From the IMG/VR virus record IMGVR_UViG_3300021399_000002, positions 64,001 to 128,000 of that record: DNA of 64,000 nucleotides. One strand, 5' to 3'. Positions 37,296 to 47,676 of the stretch are shown piece by piece; positions within the stretch are counted from its first letter, which is position 1; each line of letters starts with the position of its first letter. Under the pieces are notes generated by a model. The model worked only from the letters and a program-made list of their open reading frames with translations. It was not told the origin of the DNA and did not search any database. The position numbers were made by a program, and so were the translations under genes. This DNA is from a virus (lineage: Duplodnaviria > Caudoviricetes).

Positions 37296-39161
37296 ATGGC
37301 ATATAACGCAGACTCAATACAAGTACGAGATTTTCGTACCGCGGCAAGATCGACTCCTGGCATGTATATTGGTGCAGATGGACAAGATGCTATGTTTAAT
37401 TGCTTTCTAGAAATATTAAACAATGCCTGTGATGAAGCAATTATGGGTCGCGGTAATGAAATTACTGTAGAAGTTAATGATAATGATATTAAAGTCACTG
37501 ATAAAGGTGCGGGGGTGCCACATGGAAAAAATAAAGATACAGAAGAAGTACTCATCGAAATATATACTTCTGCTCATTCTTCTGGTAAATTTGATTCAAC
37601 TAATTATAAAAGAGTTCGTGGTATGCACGGTATTGGGTCAAGTACAGTGTGCGTTTGCTCGGAAATCTTTGAAGTCTGGACACGCAGAGACGGAGCAGAA
37701 TGGAACATTGTATTCAAAGACGGTATACCACAATCTTCTACTGCGAACAGAATACGAAGTACAAAAGAAACAGGTACAACAGTGTATTTTAAGCCTGATA
37801 AGACCATATTCCATTTAAATGAAGATACTCCTTCATTTGATAAAGAGCGTATTAGAAAAGAACTACAATTAACTAGCTATTTTATTCCAAATGTTAGTTT
37901 TGTATATAAAGTAGATGAAAAAGAAGAAAAATTTCTATCTAAAAATGGATTGAAAGATTTTGCAGCGAATAATATTTCTAAGCCACTTCATAAACAATAT
38001 ATTTATGCTAATAAACATTTTGATGGCGATATTGATATTGAAGTTTTCGCGCAATGGACAGGTGGAAAAGAGAAAAGTTATGTATTTTCTAATGGTGCTT
38101 TAAATGCGAATGGTGGTACTCCAATTGCAGGCATGAAAGCAGCTTTTACTCGTACAATTAATGATTTAGCTAAAGAATCATTTGATGGTGATATGATTCG
38201 TAAGGGATTAGTCACTATAATTAATATTAAACACCCACATCCTGTATATCAGAATCAGGTAAAAGATAAGATTCAAAATACTGAATTGCGTGGTTATACA
38301 CAAACAGTGTTTACTGAAGCAATTAAAGATTGGGCGATAAATAATAGAGATGATCTTGATAGAATACTAACAGTATTATCTAAAGAAGCAAAAGCCGATG
38401 AGGCCGCAGAACGCGCAAGAAATGCTATCCTTTCAATGGAGAAGAAAGAAACTGAACAGCGCAAGCGTAAAGTGACTTCTTCTGATAAGTTTAAAGATTG
38501 CGAGAAGCATGGTGCTGATTCCATGCTTATTATTTGTGAGGGTAATTCTGCTTTAGGTGGACTAATGCCAGCGCGAGATGTAAAGACAGAAGCACTTTAT
38601 GCTGTGCGTGGTAAAGTAAAGAATCTAATGAAACATCCTCTAGAAGAATGTCTAGAAAATCAAGAAGTATCTGATATTATTATGGCACTTGGATGTGGTA
38701 TTCAAGAGCGTTATAATGAGAAGAAACTTAATTATGGAAAAGTTGCAATTGCTACAGATGCTGATGTAGATGGATATTCTATTATGTGTCTAATTGCAAC
38801 TCTCTTCTATGTATTAATGCCAAAATTTATTGAAGAAGGACGGCTTGGCTGGCTGCGCGCGCCTCTTTATAGATTAAGTAAAGGCAAACAGCATGTATAT
38901 GCTTATGATGAAGATGAACTTTCTGAACTAAAGAAAACTCATAGTGGATGGGAACAGAGTCGCTATAAGGGATTAGGTGAAATGGTAGCAGAAGATATGG
39001 AAGAATCTATGCTACATCCGGTAAATCGGCGTCTAGATATTCTTACCATTAATGATGCTGAACTGGCGGCGGAATCACTAAAGATGCTAATGGGCACTGA
39101 GGTTGAAGGACGCAGAGACTTTTTGTTTGAGAATGTGGATTTTAATATTATAAATAATTGA
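37296..39161 (+). CDS. gyrB: type IIA topoisomerase subunit B (GyrB/ParE-like)
   Basis: PGMYIG, N..DE, D.G.G.P, HSSGKF, EG.SA, RGK, TDADVDG, RYKGLGEM. Confidence 0.95.
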   Translation: MAYNADSIQVRDFRTAARSTPGMYIGADGQDAMFNCFLEILNNACDEAIMGRGNEITVEVNDNDIKVTDKGAGVPHGKNKDTEEVLIEIYTSAHSSGKFDSTNYKRVRGMHGIGSSTVCVCSEIFEVWTRRDGAEWNIVFKDGIPQSSTANRIRSTKETGTTVYFKPDKTIFHLNEDTPSFDKERIRKELQLTSYFIPNVSFVYKVDEKEEKFLSKNGLKDFAANNISKPLHKQYIYANKHFDGDIDIEVFAQWTGGKEKSYVFSNGALNANGGTPIAGMKAAFTRTINDLAKESFDGDMIRKGLVTIINIKHPHPVYQNQVKDKIQNTELRGYTQTVFTEAIKDWAINNRDDLDRILTVLSKEAKADEAAERARNAILSMEKKETEQRKRKVTSSDKFKDCEKHGADSMLIICEGNSALGGLMPARDVKTEALYAVRGKVKNLMKHPLEECLENQEVSDIIMALGCGIQERYNEKKLNYGKVAIATDADVDGYSIMCLIATLFYVLMPKFIEEGRLGWLRAPLYRLSKGKQHVYAYDEDELSELKKTHSGWEQSRYKGLGEMVAEDMEESMLHPVNRRLDILTINDAELAAESLKMLMGTEVEGRRDFLFENVDFNIINN

Positions 39162-39186
39162 CAAATAATAAAAACTATAATATAAT
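39158..39186 (+). promoter_or_regulatory. sigmaA-type promoter of the R-M-like pair
   Basis: TTGACA-17-TATAAT overlapping the gyrB stop. Confidence 0.75.
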
Positions 39187-39216
39187 TATTATAGAAAAAT
39201 ATGAAAGGATGTTTTT

Positions 39217-40026
39217 ATGATTAATAAGAAAGAAGATAATCAATGGTATGGTAAAGGATTTGAAATTGCTATATATATAATGTTTAATAAATTACCTCAG
39301 ACCAACCCTTTTCCTGAACATGTAGAAGATAAAGAATGGCAGCATTTACTTAATGATGCTCAATTATTTATTAATTATTATAATAAGAATGAAAAAATTA
39401 TTTCTATTGAATGGATTGGAAATCATACGTGTACGATGGATGGAGATTTAATTATTAATAAAGAAAAAGTAGAAATTAAAAGGGTATCTAAAGGATTGGG
39501 CACATGGGGCAATTTCACTATTAATCATATTTATAAATATCTTTCTAATGATTTTAAGCCACATACTGATTTTATGAAAAAAGTTGGATTATATGATAAA
39601 TTCACAACTATTTCAAAAAATCATAATTGGATGAAAGATCCATATACAACCAATCCTCTTTCTGTTGAAGAAGCTAAACAGTACGGAGATAATCTTATTA
39701 TATTAGATGAAGAGTGGCGTAAATTATTTGTTCAAGCAATATATCAAGATCTATTAAATCATCCTAAAAATATTCAAAAACTTATTAATGATTGTATTAC
39801 AAAAGAAATTAGTCCAAAAAAGAAAATGCCTAAAAAATTAATTGTTTATAATTATACTACTAATACCATTACTAATTTTGCTGACATAGATTTGATTAAG
39901 AATGAATATGATAATTTTATTAAAGCAAATGAATTTGGTATTATACTTGATAGCATAAGAATTAATTTTAGTTGGAAAAATCATTGTGGACATAATTTGG
40001 CTATGTATGTCTTTCTCAGGAGATGA
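39217..40026 (+). CDS. putative PD-(D/E)XK restriction endonuclease-like protein
   Basis: GDL...VEIK motif; lower GC; directly upstream of a DNA methyltransferase. Confidence 0.45.
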   Translation: MINKKEDNQWYGKGFEIAIYIMFNKLPQTNPFPEHVEDKEWQHLLNDAQLFINYYNKNEKIISIEWIGNHTCTMDGDLIINKEKVEIKRVSKGLGTWGNFTINHIYKYLSNDFKPHTDFMKKVGLYDKFTTISKNHNWMKDPYTTNPLSVEEAKQYGDNLIILDEEWRKLFVQAIYQDLLNHPKNIQKLINDCITKEISPKKKMPKKLIVYNYTTNTITNFADIDLIKNEYDNFIKANEFGIILDSIRINFSWKNHCGHNLAMYVFLRR

Positions 40027-40030
40027 TTAA

Positions 40031-40876
40031 ATGGCAAATTTAGATAAATTTTATACTAAACCTGAAATAGCAATTCAATGCTATAATTTCTTAAAACAAT
40101 TTTATCCTTCATTAGATAATGAAATGTTTCTGGAACCATCTGCGGGTTCTGGAAACTTTTTGCCTCTATTAAAACATTATGAAGCCTATGATATTGCTCC
40201 TGAGGGAGAGAATATTACCAAAGCAGATTTTTTATCTCTAACATTAAATAAAAATGATTATATAACAATAGGAAATCCGCCATTTGGAAAACGTTCAAAA
40301 TTAGCTATAGATTTTTTTAATCATGCAGCAAAATTTAGTAAAATTATTGCTTTTATTGTCCCAGTATCATTTATGAAATGGGGCGTTCATAAAGAATTAG
40401 ATTCAAGATTTAAATTACAAGCATATATGTATATACCAGAAAATAGTTTTACCGATAAGGATAAAGACTTTTCAGTACGTTGCGTATTTCAAATTTGGAC
40501 TAGAGAAAATATTTCAGAAGATTTGAGAATTTTAAAAGCTCCGCCAATTAAACACGAAGATTTTAATATTTGGCAATATAATGCTACTCCAGAAGCAATG
40601 AAGTATATAAATGAAAATTGGAAATATGCTATCTATAGACAAGGATATAAAGATTATCATCGACTTTTTACTAGAGAAGAATATGATATTGTGAAGGAAC
40701 AAATGGAAAAGAATATACAATTCTTTTTTATTGAACCATTATGCTAGCGAGCAGAACAATTTATTTGTAAAGCTGATTTTGAAGAATTAGCAGAAAGAAA
40801 TACGTCAACGCCCGGATTTGGAAAAGCAGATTTTATATCATACTATTTACAATGGATACGAGATTTTAATAATTGA
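40031..40876 (+). CDS. N6-adenine DNA methyltransferase (1 TAG=Gln)
   Basis: FYT, EPSAGSG, GNPPFG, FIVP; extends past TAG 40745 to TGA. Confidence 0.85.
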
Positions 40877-40901
40877 CCAATTCTAAAATTTATATTATAA
40901 T
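40873..40901 (+). promoter_or_regulatory. sigmaA-type promoter for topoisomerase subunit A
   Basis: TTGACC-17-TATAAT. Confidence 0.65.
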
Positions 40902-40925
40902 AAATGAAAAGAAAGGAGTTAGAAC

Positions 40926-42998
40926 ATGATTAAGAATGTAGACTTTCAAAAGACAACCGAAGAAGCATTTCTAAAATATGCAGCATCAGTAGCTCAAGAG
41001 CGTGCTCTTCCAGATGTACGGGATATGCTGAAAATCGGTTTGCGGCAAGGTCTATATGCTCAATTTACGAATAAGCTCACTCACAAGGATAAATTTCAGA
41101 AGGCACAAAAGAGCGTAGCTTCAGCTATGTCCCAATCATATGTTCATGGCGATGTAGCAATGTATGATGCACTCATTCGTGCAGCAAGGCCATGGTCAAG
41201 TCGTTATCCACTAGAAGATGTACAGGGTAGCTATGGTAATCCTTCATCTCCCGATAGCCATGCGGCTGCCCGTTATGTAGAAATGAAGTCCAGTGAAATT
41301 TCAGACTTCATATTTGATGGCCTAAAGAAAAATGCCATTACAGAATGGTATTGGAATTATGATGATTCAGAACAAATTCCATCTGTATTTCCATCCATTG
41401 GATATTGGAATATTGTAAATGGCTGTCAAGGTATTGCGGTTGCGATGGCAACTTCTGTGCCTCAGTTTAACCTTAAAGAAGTTAATGATGCACTTATTAA
41501 AATCATCAAAGATCCTTCAGTTGATTTTGATCAAATTTATTGTGCTCCTGATTTTGCTACAGGTGGTATTCTTACAAATGCTACTGAAGTAAAAGATAGT
41601 TTGCGAGTTGGACGAGGTAAATCTATACGCCTGCGCGCAAAAATAACTTATCAGCCTAAAGAACATATGCTTCAAGCAACAGAACTTCCATATGGAGTAT
41701 TTACCAATACTGTAATGGATCAGCTTGCATCATTAGTAAATGAAAACCCAGATTATGGTATTGATAAAGTTATTGACCATACAAAGAAAACTGCGGATAT
41801 TCGTATTTATCTTTCTAAAGGACAAAATCCAGATAAAATGATTGCAAAGTTATATCATGATACTTCACTTGAAAATCATTTCTCTGTAAATATGATTCTT
41901 TTGGATAAAGGACGATTCCCAAAAATATTTGGATGGCGTGAAGCATGTGATGCTTATATTGCTCATATTAGAGAATGTAAGCGTAATATAATTGAATTTG
42001 ATTTAAATAAAGCACTTGCGCGTGAAAACATCATTAATGGATTACTGATTGCCTTGGCAAATATTGATGATATTGTTGCTATTATTAAAGGTAGTGATAA
42101 CCCAAAGGATGCCGCAACAGCCTTGATAGCAAAATACAAATTCAATAAAGAGCAGGTTGATGCGATTCTAGCTATGAAGCTATCCTCTTTATGCCGACTT
42201 GACGGTGTAAAATTAAATGATGAGCTAGCAGAACTTACTAGGTTTATTGCGGATTGTCATTACCTATTATCTGAACCTACCGCTTTAGATGAAAAATTAA
42301 TTGAAATACTAAATCTAGTATCTCAAAAATTTGGTGACGCCAGACGCACGCAAATTACTGATACACTTGGTGATGAAGAAGAACCTGAAGAAATTAAAGA
42401 ACAAGATATTGCTGTTATTTATAATGGAAAAACAATTAAACTTGTTGAAAAAGGCAAAGAAGCTAAATTTAAACAGATTATTATATATACAACAAATCTT
42501 GGTTCCCTTACATTGATTACTGATGCAGGAAAAATGTATAATATTTCTCTTAGTAAGTTGAAGCTGGATAAAGAATATAAGATAACTGATATAGCTGATA
42601 TTGGAGGAGAACATCCGCGCCTACTAATTGATACTATGAGTTTTAATGCTTATAAGTCTTTAACTTGTATTACAAAGAAAGGTTTCATTAAAAAGAGTCA
42701 TATTGGTGAATATATTGCTCGCGCGAAAAAAGGTGTAGCAATTAATAAGATGGATGATGATGATAGTATTGTAGAAGTTATTTTAAGTAGTGATGATGAT
42801 GATAAAATTGTTATTATTGGAAATAATGATTATTATAATTGTTATCCATTAAGTGAAATTAGTTATACTGGGCGTATGACAAAAGGCGTTAAAGCAATTA
42901 AACTTGAAGCCGAAGGATTTGTAAAAGAAGCTAAATGGATAGGAGATTCTGAATATAAAATTACCGGTCGAGCGGTAAAAGGAGTAAAGAATGGATAA
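40926..42998 (+). CDS. gyrA: type IIA topoisomerase subunit A (GyrA/ParC-like)
   Basis: RALPDVRD.LK, HGD, AAARY catalytic Tyr, GIAV.MAT, PDF.TGG; short CTD. Confidence 0.93.
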   Translation: MIKNVDFQKTTEEAFLKYAASVAQERALPDVRDMLKIGLRQGLYAQFTNKLTHKDKFQKAQKSVASAMSQSYVHGDVAMYDALIRAARPWSSRYPLEDVQGSYGNPSSPDSHAAARYVEMKSSEISDFIFDGLKKNAITEWYWNYDDSEQIPSVFPSIGYWNIVNGCQGIAVAMATSVPQFNLKEVNDALIKIIKDPSVDFDQIYCAPDFATGGILTNATEVKDSLRVGRGKSIRLRAKITYQPKEHMLQATELPYGVFTNTVMDQLASLVNENPDYGIDKVIDHTKKTADIRIYLSKGQNPDKMIAKLYHDTSLENHFSVNMILLDKGRFPKIFGWREACDAYIAHIRECKRNIIEFDLNKALARENIINGLLIALANIDDIVAIIKGSDNPKDAATALIAKYKFNKEQVDAILAMKLSSLCRLDGVKLNDELAELTRFIADCHYLLSEPTALDEKLIEILNLVSQKFGDARRTQITDTLGDEEEPEEIKEQDIAVIYNGKTIKLVEKGKEAKFKQIIIYTTNLGSLTLITDAGKMYNISLSKLKLDKEYKITDIADIGGEHPRLLIDTMSFNAYKSLTCITKKGFIKKSHIGEYIARAKKGVAINKMDDDDSIVEVILSSDDDDKIVIIGNNDYYNCYPLSEISYTGRMTKGVKAIKLEAEGFVKEAKWIGDSEYKITGRAVKGVKNG

Positions 42999-43386
42999 GA
43001 AATATGTAACATTATTTAAGGATTTAGCGCAGGCTACTGCAGCTTCCGCCGAATAGGTAATGGATTATAATAGAAATCAGAATGATGAAAAAGGTCTGTC
43101 TACTGCTACTATTATACGTGATGATTTCCAAGCATTAGTAGATGTTATTAATGAAGCAGGAGATGATTATGCTCCTACTCATCCTGAAGCTGCACGATTA
43201 TTGGTGGGTGCAATGGTGATGGTAAATCAGCTACAAGATAAAGTAAATACACTTCGTAAAGCTATTACCGGCTATCAGACAGATGTGATTCCAAAGCTAC
43301 AAGAGATTGTAGACAAAGCAGGTTCAGATGATGAACTCACGCGAAAAATGGCAAACGAAAAATTTATTATTGAAGAAAAAGAATAA
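42991..43386 (+). CDS. hypothetical helical protein (1 TAG=Gln)
   Basis: AAGGAG RBS before ATG 42991. Confidence 0.7.
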
Positions 43387-43390
43387 TTGT

Positions 43391-43419
43391 TTGACATTCT
43401 GTAAAATTTAATATATACT
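43391..43419 (+). promoter_or_regulatory. sigmaA-type promoter
   Basis: TTGACA-17-TATACT. Confidence 0.7.
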
Positions 43420-43519
43420 ATATATAGAAAAAGAAAGTAGCCCGTGTGCGGGATGAAGTAATTTAAAGTACAATTGAATAAAATAACAAATAAATCTATA
43501 CAAGATATAAAAAGGAGAA

Positions 43520-43894
43520 ATGTATATGACAGTTAATAGTGAGCGTGTGCTAAATTTTTTAAAGGAACATTATGGTAATGAGTATAGCAAGAAGGAAATC
43601 TCTGAAGCACTAGGAATTTCTCTAAGTGCGGTAATCGGTTCTATTAATCCACTAGAAAAGAATGGATATACTCGTATTACTCGTGAAGAAACCGTTGAAC
43701 TAGAACCAGCTACGGAGACTCGTAAGGCTAAGACAAAGGTAGTTAAGTATCATACTCTAACTGAAGCTGGTCTAACTTATGACCCGGTAGCTGAAGAACA
43801 GGCTAAACTCGCCGTGAAGCAGGTAGAAAAGGAACGCAAGGCCGCAGAAAAGGCAGCTGCAAAAGCCGCAAAGGAAGCAGAAACAGAATTTTAA
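43520..43894 (+). CDS. winged-helix DNA-binding protein with Ala/Lys tail
   Basis: EISEALGIS..AV...I..L.K.G...LTEAG. Confidence 0.7.
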   Translation: MYMTVNSERVLNFLKEHYGNEYSKKEISEALGISLSAVIGSINPLEKNGYTRITREETVELEPATETRKAKTKVVKYHTLTEAGLTYDPVAEEQAKLAVKQVEKERKAAEKAAAKAAKEAETEF

Positions 43895-43931
43895 TTAAAA
43901 ATAAAATAACGAAGCAAAGGAGAAATGTAAA

Positions 43932-44828
43932 ATGAAAAGTATTAGTATTCAGGCAACAAATAAGTTAAATCTAGCGGGCACTCTAATGGATGTATCTTTT
44001 GGTGATGGGAAACTATCTGATGGGCGTTCATACCAGCGCGCAACAGTAACAGTTCGTGTTACTCAGACTTATGGCGGAAAGGAAGAAACTAGTGATGTAC
44101 AGGTTAGTATGTTTGCGACCGAGCATACATCTACTGGTAAAAATAATCCCGCGTGGAAGAGTCTAAATGATCTAAAGCTAATGAAGACAGCACAGAATGT
44201 GGGTATTGATCATGCATCTCATGTACGTCTGTCTGGTGCTTCTCTGCAGGAAAATAATTTTGTATCTCGTACCGGACAGTTAATTAATGGATGGCAGATT
44301 CGTGGTTCATTTATTAATGAGGCTCGCGTTGCAGATGTAGCATCTTTTGTAACTGATATCTTTATTATGGATATGCATGATGAAGTAGATCGTGAAGGTG
44401 ATACTACTGGTCGTCTAGTGATTAAGGGTGGCATTGTACAGTATGGCGGAAAGCTCGATGTAGTTGAATTTATTGTTGAAGCTCCCGATACTGTTGAATA
44501 TATTTCTCGTAATTGGGAAACTAATGGTACAGTAACTGTTAAGGGCCGTATTCGTGTTCTTTCTCAGGAAGAAGAAGTACAGTCTAGCGGCTGGGGTGAA
44601 GATGTACCAGAAACCACAACTAAGTTTGTGCGTGAACTAATTATTACTACTGGCGATGATGAATGCAAGGAAGAAGATTTTGCATATGACCCAGTAGAAA
44701 TTAAGAAGGCATTTAATGAGCGTAAGGCGGCAATTGAACAAATGCAAATTAATGCACGCAATAGTACGACTGCAAAGTCTAGTGCTAATGCCGCGGAAGC
44801 TTCCTCTAAGAAGTATGATTGGGAGTAA
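43932..44828 (+). CDS. putative single-stranded DNA-binding protein (two OB folds)
   Basis: Beta-rich repeats, aromatic/acidic C-terminus, replication-cluster context. Confidence 0.6.
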   Translation: MKSISIQATNKLNLAGTLMDVSFGDGKLSDGRSYQRATVTVRVTQTYGGKEETSDVQVSMFATEHTSTGKNNPAWKSLNDLKLMKTAQNVGIDHASHVRLSGASLQENNFVSRTGQLINGWQIRGSFINEARVADVASFVTDIFIMDMHDEVDREGDTTGRLVIKGGIVQYGGKLDVVEFIVEAPDTVEYISRNWETNGTVTVKGRIRVLSQEEEVQSSGWGEDVPETTTKFVRELIITTGDDECKEEDFAYDPVEIKKAFNERKAAIEQMQINARNSTTAKSSANAAEASSKKYDWE

Positions 44829-44960
44829 TTGTAAGTCAAACCAGTGGCAGGAGTGATTAAAAGCATACCTGGCAATTGAATACTTACAATGTGATAGAGT
44901 GTTTGGGCATAGAAATAGGTCTATGCCCTACCTCGGACCATTATATGAAGGAGGATTAAA

Positions 44961-45956
44961 ATGGCAGATATTGATATTTTTTCTCTTGAGCCTTCTAAGA
45001 TTTCAAGAGATTTAAAGGGAAAATTCCTATTAATTTATGGCCAACCGAAAACAGGAAAATCTACATTTGGTAGTCAGCTTCCACGTGCGCTATTTATGAA
45101 TTTTGAGCAGGGCACTAATGCTCTTGCTGGTATCCGTAGTGCTCCTATTCTTCGTTGGACAGATGCAAAGAAAGTTCTAACACAGCTTCGTAAGCCACAG
45201 GCAAAAGAAATGTATGATTCGATTGTCGTAGATACAGCCTCGATTGCTTGGCAGCTATGCGAGAAGTATATTTGTCAGCGTGAAAATGTAGACAGTATTA
45301 GAGATGTGCCTTGGGGTCAAGGTTGGAATATGCTAAAAACTGAGTTTTCTGAATTTTGGCGTGAAATTACACTATTAGGTTTTGGTATCTTATTTATTGC
45401 TCATAGTAAAGATAAGCCAACCGAAATGCGTAATGAAGATGGCGAAGCTATTACTGCAGTTTGCCCCGATCTACCAAATCAGTGTTATACAATTATTAAT
45501 TCTATTGTAGATATTATTGGTTATCTGCAAGTACAGATGAATCCAGATGGGACTTCGGAAAGATATTTATACACACGGTCAACCCCATATATATTTGCCG
45601 GTAGTCGTTATCAATATCTTGCTCCAAAGATTAAATTTGGATATAAAGAATTGGTAGATGCAATTGGCGATGCTATTGATAAAGCAGTAGAACTTGATGG
45701 CGCGCAGGTAACTGACCATACAGAAATTGCACAGGTTAAGGATCGTCCATTTGCTGAGGTCATGGCTGAAGCTAAAGAAATTTGGATTAAGTATCTTGAA
45801 CTTGGCGGTGAAGATAATAAAGATCAGCATTTGATGATTATGAAGGATATTATTAAGAAGGTATTTGGTTCTGAAGACTTTAAACTAAGTCAAGCAGTTC
45901 CTTCGCAGTCTTCATTGGTTGAATACTTTATTGACGAAGTAAAACAGTTGATGTAA
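44961..45956 (+). CDS. AAA_24/Sak4-like ATPase
   Basis: LIYGQPKTGKST, E.GT, IVVDT, FIAH, DIIGY. Confidence 0.8.
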   Translation: MADIDIFSLEPSKISRDLKGKFLLIYGQPKTGKSTFGSQLPRALFMNFEQGTNALAGIRSAPILRWTDAKKVLTQLRKPQAKEMYDSIVVDTASIAWQLCEKYICQRENVDSIRDVPWGQGWNMLKTEFSEFWREITLLGFGILFIAHSKDKPTEMRNEDGEAITAVCPDLPNQCYTIINSIVDIIGYLQVQMNPDGTSERYLYTRSTPYIFAGSRYQYLAPKIKFGYKELVDAIGDAIDKAVELDGAQVTDHTEIAQVKDRPFAEVMAEAKEIWIKYLELGGEDNKDQHLMIMKDIIKKVFGSEDFKLSQAVPSQSSLVEYFIDEVKQLM

Positions 45957-45963
45957 TATATAT

Positions 45964-45989
45964 AAAAAGAGCCGAAAGGCTCTTTTTTT
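45964..45989 (+). terminator. intrinsic (possibly bidirectional) terminator
   Basis: AAAAAGAGCC-GAAA-GGCTCTTTTTTT. Confidence 0.9.
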
Positions 45990-45991
45990 AT

Positions 45992-46020
45992 TTGACTTTT
46001 TCTGGAAATCATGATATACT
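45992..46020 (+). promoter_or_regulatory. sigmaA-type promoter
   Basis: TTGACT-17-TATACT with TG. Confidence 0.75.
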
Positions 46021-46051
46021 TTATATAGAATAAAATATAGGAAGTGATGGT

Positions 46052-46537
46052 ATGCAGATAACTAGAAAATGTGCAGGATGTAAAGGTGAATTTTATAAAG
46101 ATGAATTAATTCAATATGCATCTCTTAGCGGAAAAACTACATATTGGTATTGCCCAACTTGTTATGAAGAGAAATTGGCGCGAGAAAGATTTTCAAATAA
46201 AGTTTGTGAAATATTTGGAATTAAGAGTCCTGGACCGCGTATTTGGACAGAGAGAAAGCGCTTGAAAAATGAATACGGATATACTGATGATGCAATTGTA
46301 GATTGTCTTGATTATATTTATAATGTATCAAAGAAAGATAAATTATCTGAATCATTGGCACTAGTTGGTCCGCGTAGTATGGCAAATATGAAAGCTTGGC
46401 GTGCAGATAGACAAGCCAGAGCAGGTAGTATTGCGGCAGCAATTGCAAATACAGAAACACATGAATATGTAGTCCCTATTAAAGAAAACACTTCTAAGAA
46501 AAAAGAAATAAATCTTGATGATGCACTATTAGATTAA
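46052..46537 (+). CDS. Zn-finger protein upstream of the helicase
   Basis: CAGC...CPTC. Confidence 0.7.
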   Translation: MQITRKCAGCKGEFYKDELIQYASLSGKTTYWYCPTCYEEKLARERFSNKVCEIFGIKSPGPRIWTERKRLKNEYGYTDDAIVDCLDYIYNVSKKDKLSESLALVGPRSMANMKAWRADRQARAGSIAAAIANTETHEYVVPIKENTSKKKEINLDDALLD

Positions 46538-46554
46538 AGTAAAGGAGGAATTAT

Positions 46555-47676
46555 ATGACGCTATCCGACACTCAGGCTTATCGCCAGATTATCGGTTGCT
46601 TAATGTATAAACCTCTATTATTTTTGGAATATCCAGACATACGTCCGCAAGACTTTGATTTTAAGTCAGCAAAAGTATGTCTAATGGCAATTAAAAAATT
46701 ATATGAGGCGGGCGCCACGGCATTGACGCCGATGGAGATAGACCAAGAGATTGAACGAAGCGGTGGTTTGGCCGCATCAACATATAAAAATGAAAACGGT
46801 CTTGACTTTCTTAAAAACGCATATGAGTACGCCCAGTTAGGCAACTTTGAAGTATATTATAAAAGATTAAAAAAGAATTCATTATTAAGAAAGTTACAGC
46901 AAGAACATTATGATATTAGTGAGTATTTTATTGATGATAAAGATGTAAAAGATCCGAAATTAGAAGTATCTTTAATTAATAAGTTAGAAGCAGCAACGCT
47001 AGATGAAATATTAAATAGTGTTGAAAAAAAGTATAATGAAATTCGTAGTGAATTTACGAATGGTAATAGTAGGCAGGGAAATCCCGCAGAAGGGGTTATG
47101 ACATTAATTGAAGAATTAAGAAGTTCTCCAAGTATTGGGCCTTCAATGGAAGGAAAGATTTTTAGTTCAGTGTGCAGAGGCGCGCGAGAAGGGTGTTTTT
47201 TCTTAAAAAGCGCAAGTACAAGCGCGGGTAAATCTCGTACAAGTATATTTGATGCATGTCATTTGGCTTATCCGAAGCGATGGTCGCATAAAAAGAATTC
47301 ATTTATTGAAGAATTGGATTCTGAAGGTAATGTACGAATGCCAAGAAAAGTATTATTCATTGTAACAGAAATGGATAAAGAAGAATTGCAAACAATTATG
47401 TTAGCATATCTTTCCGGAGTAGATGAAGATCATATTTTAACAGGGCATTATGATACTCCGATGGAATTGGCACGAGTTAAAGCCGCGGCGAGAATCATGG
47501 AGGAATATAGTGGATACTTTATTATTGAAGAAATAAGTGATCCAAACTTGCAGAATGTTCAGTCAACGATTCGTAAATATGCGACAGTTGACGAAGTTAA
47601 GTATGTATTCTTTGATTATATTCATTCGACAGCAAGCATGATTGGACAGTTTACAAAAAATAATGTACGCGAGGAT
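46555..47676 (+). CDS. dnaB: DnaB-like replicative helicase, exon 1
   Basis: SASTSAGKSR, VLFI.TEM, FFDYI; ends at RED. Confidence 0.85.
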
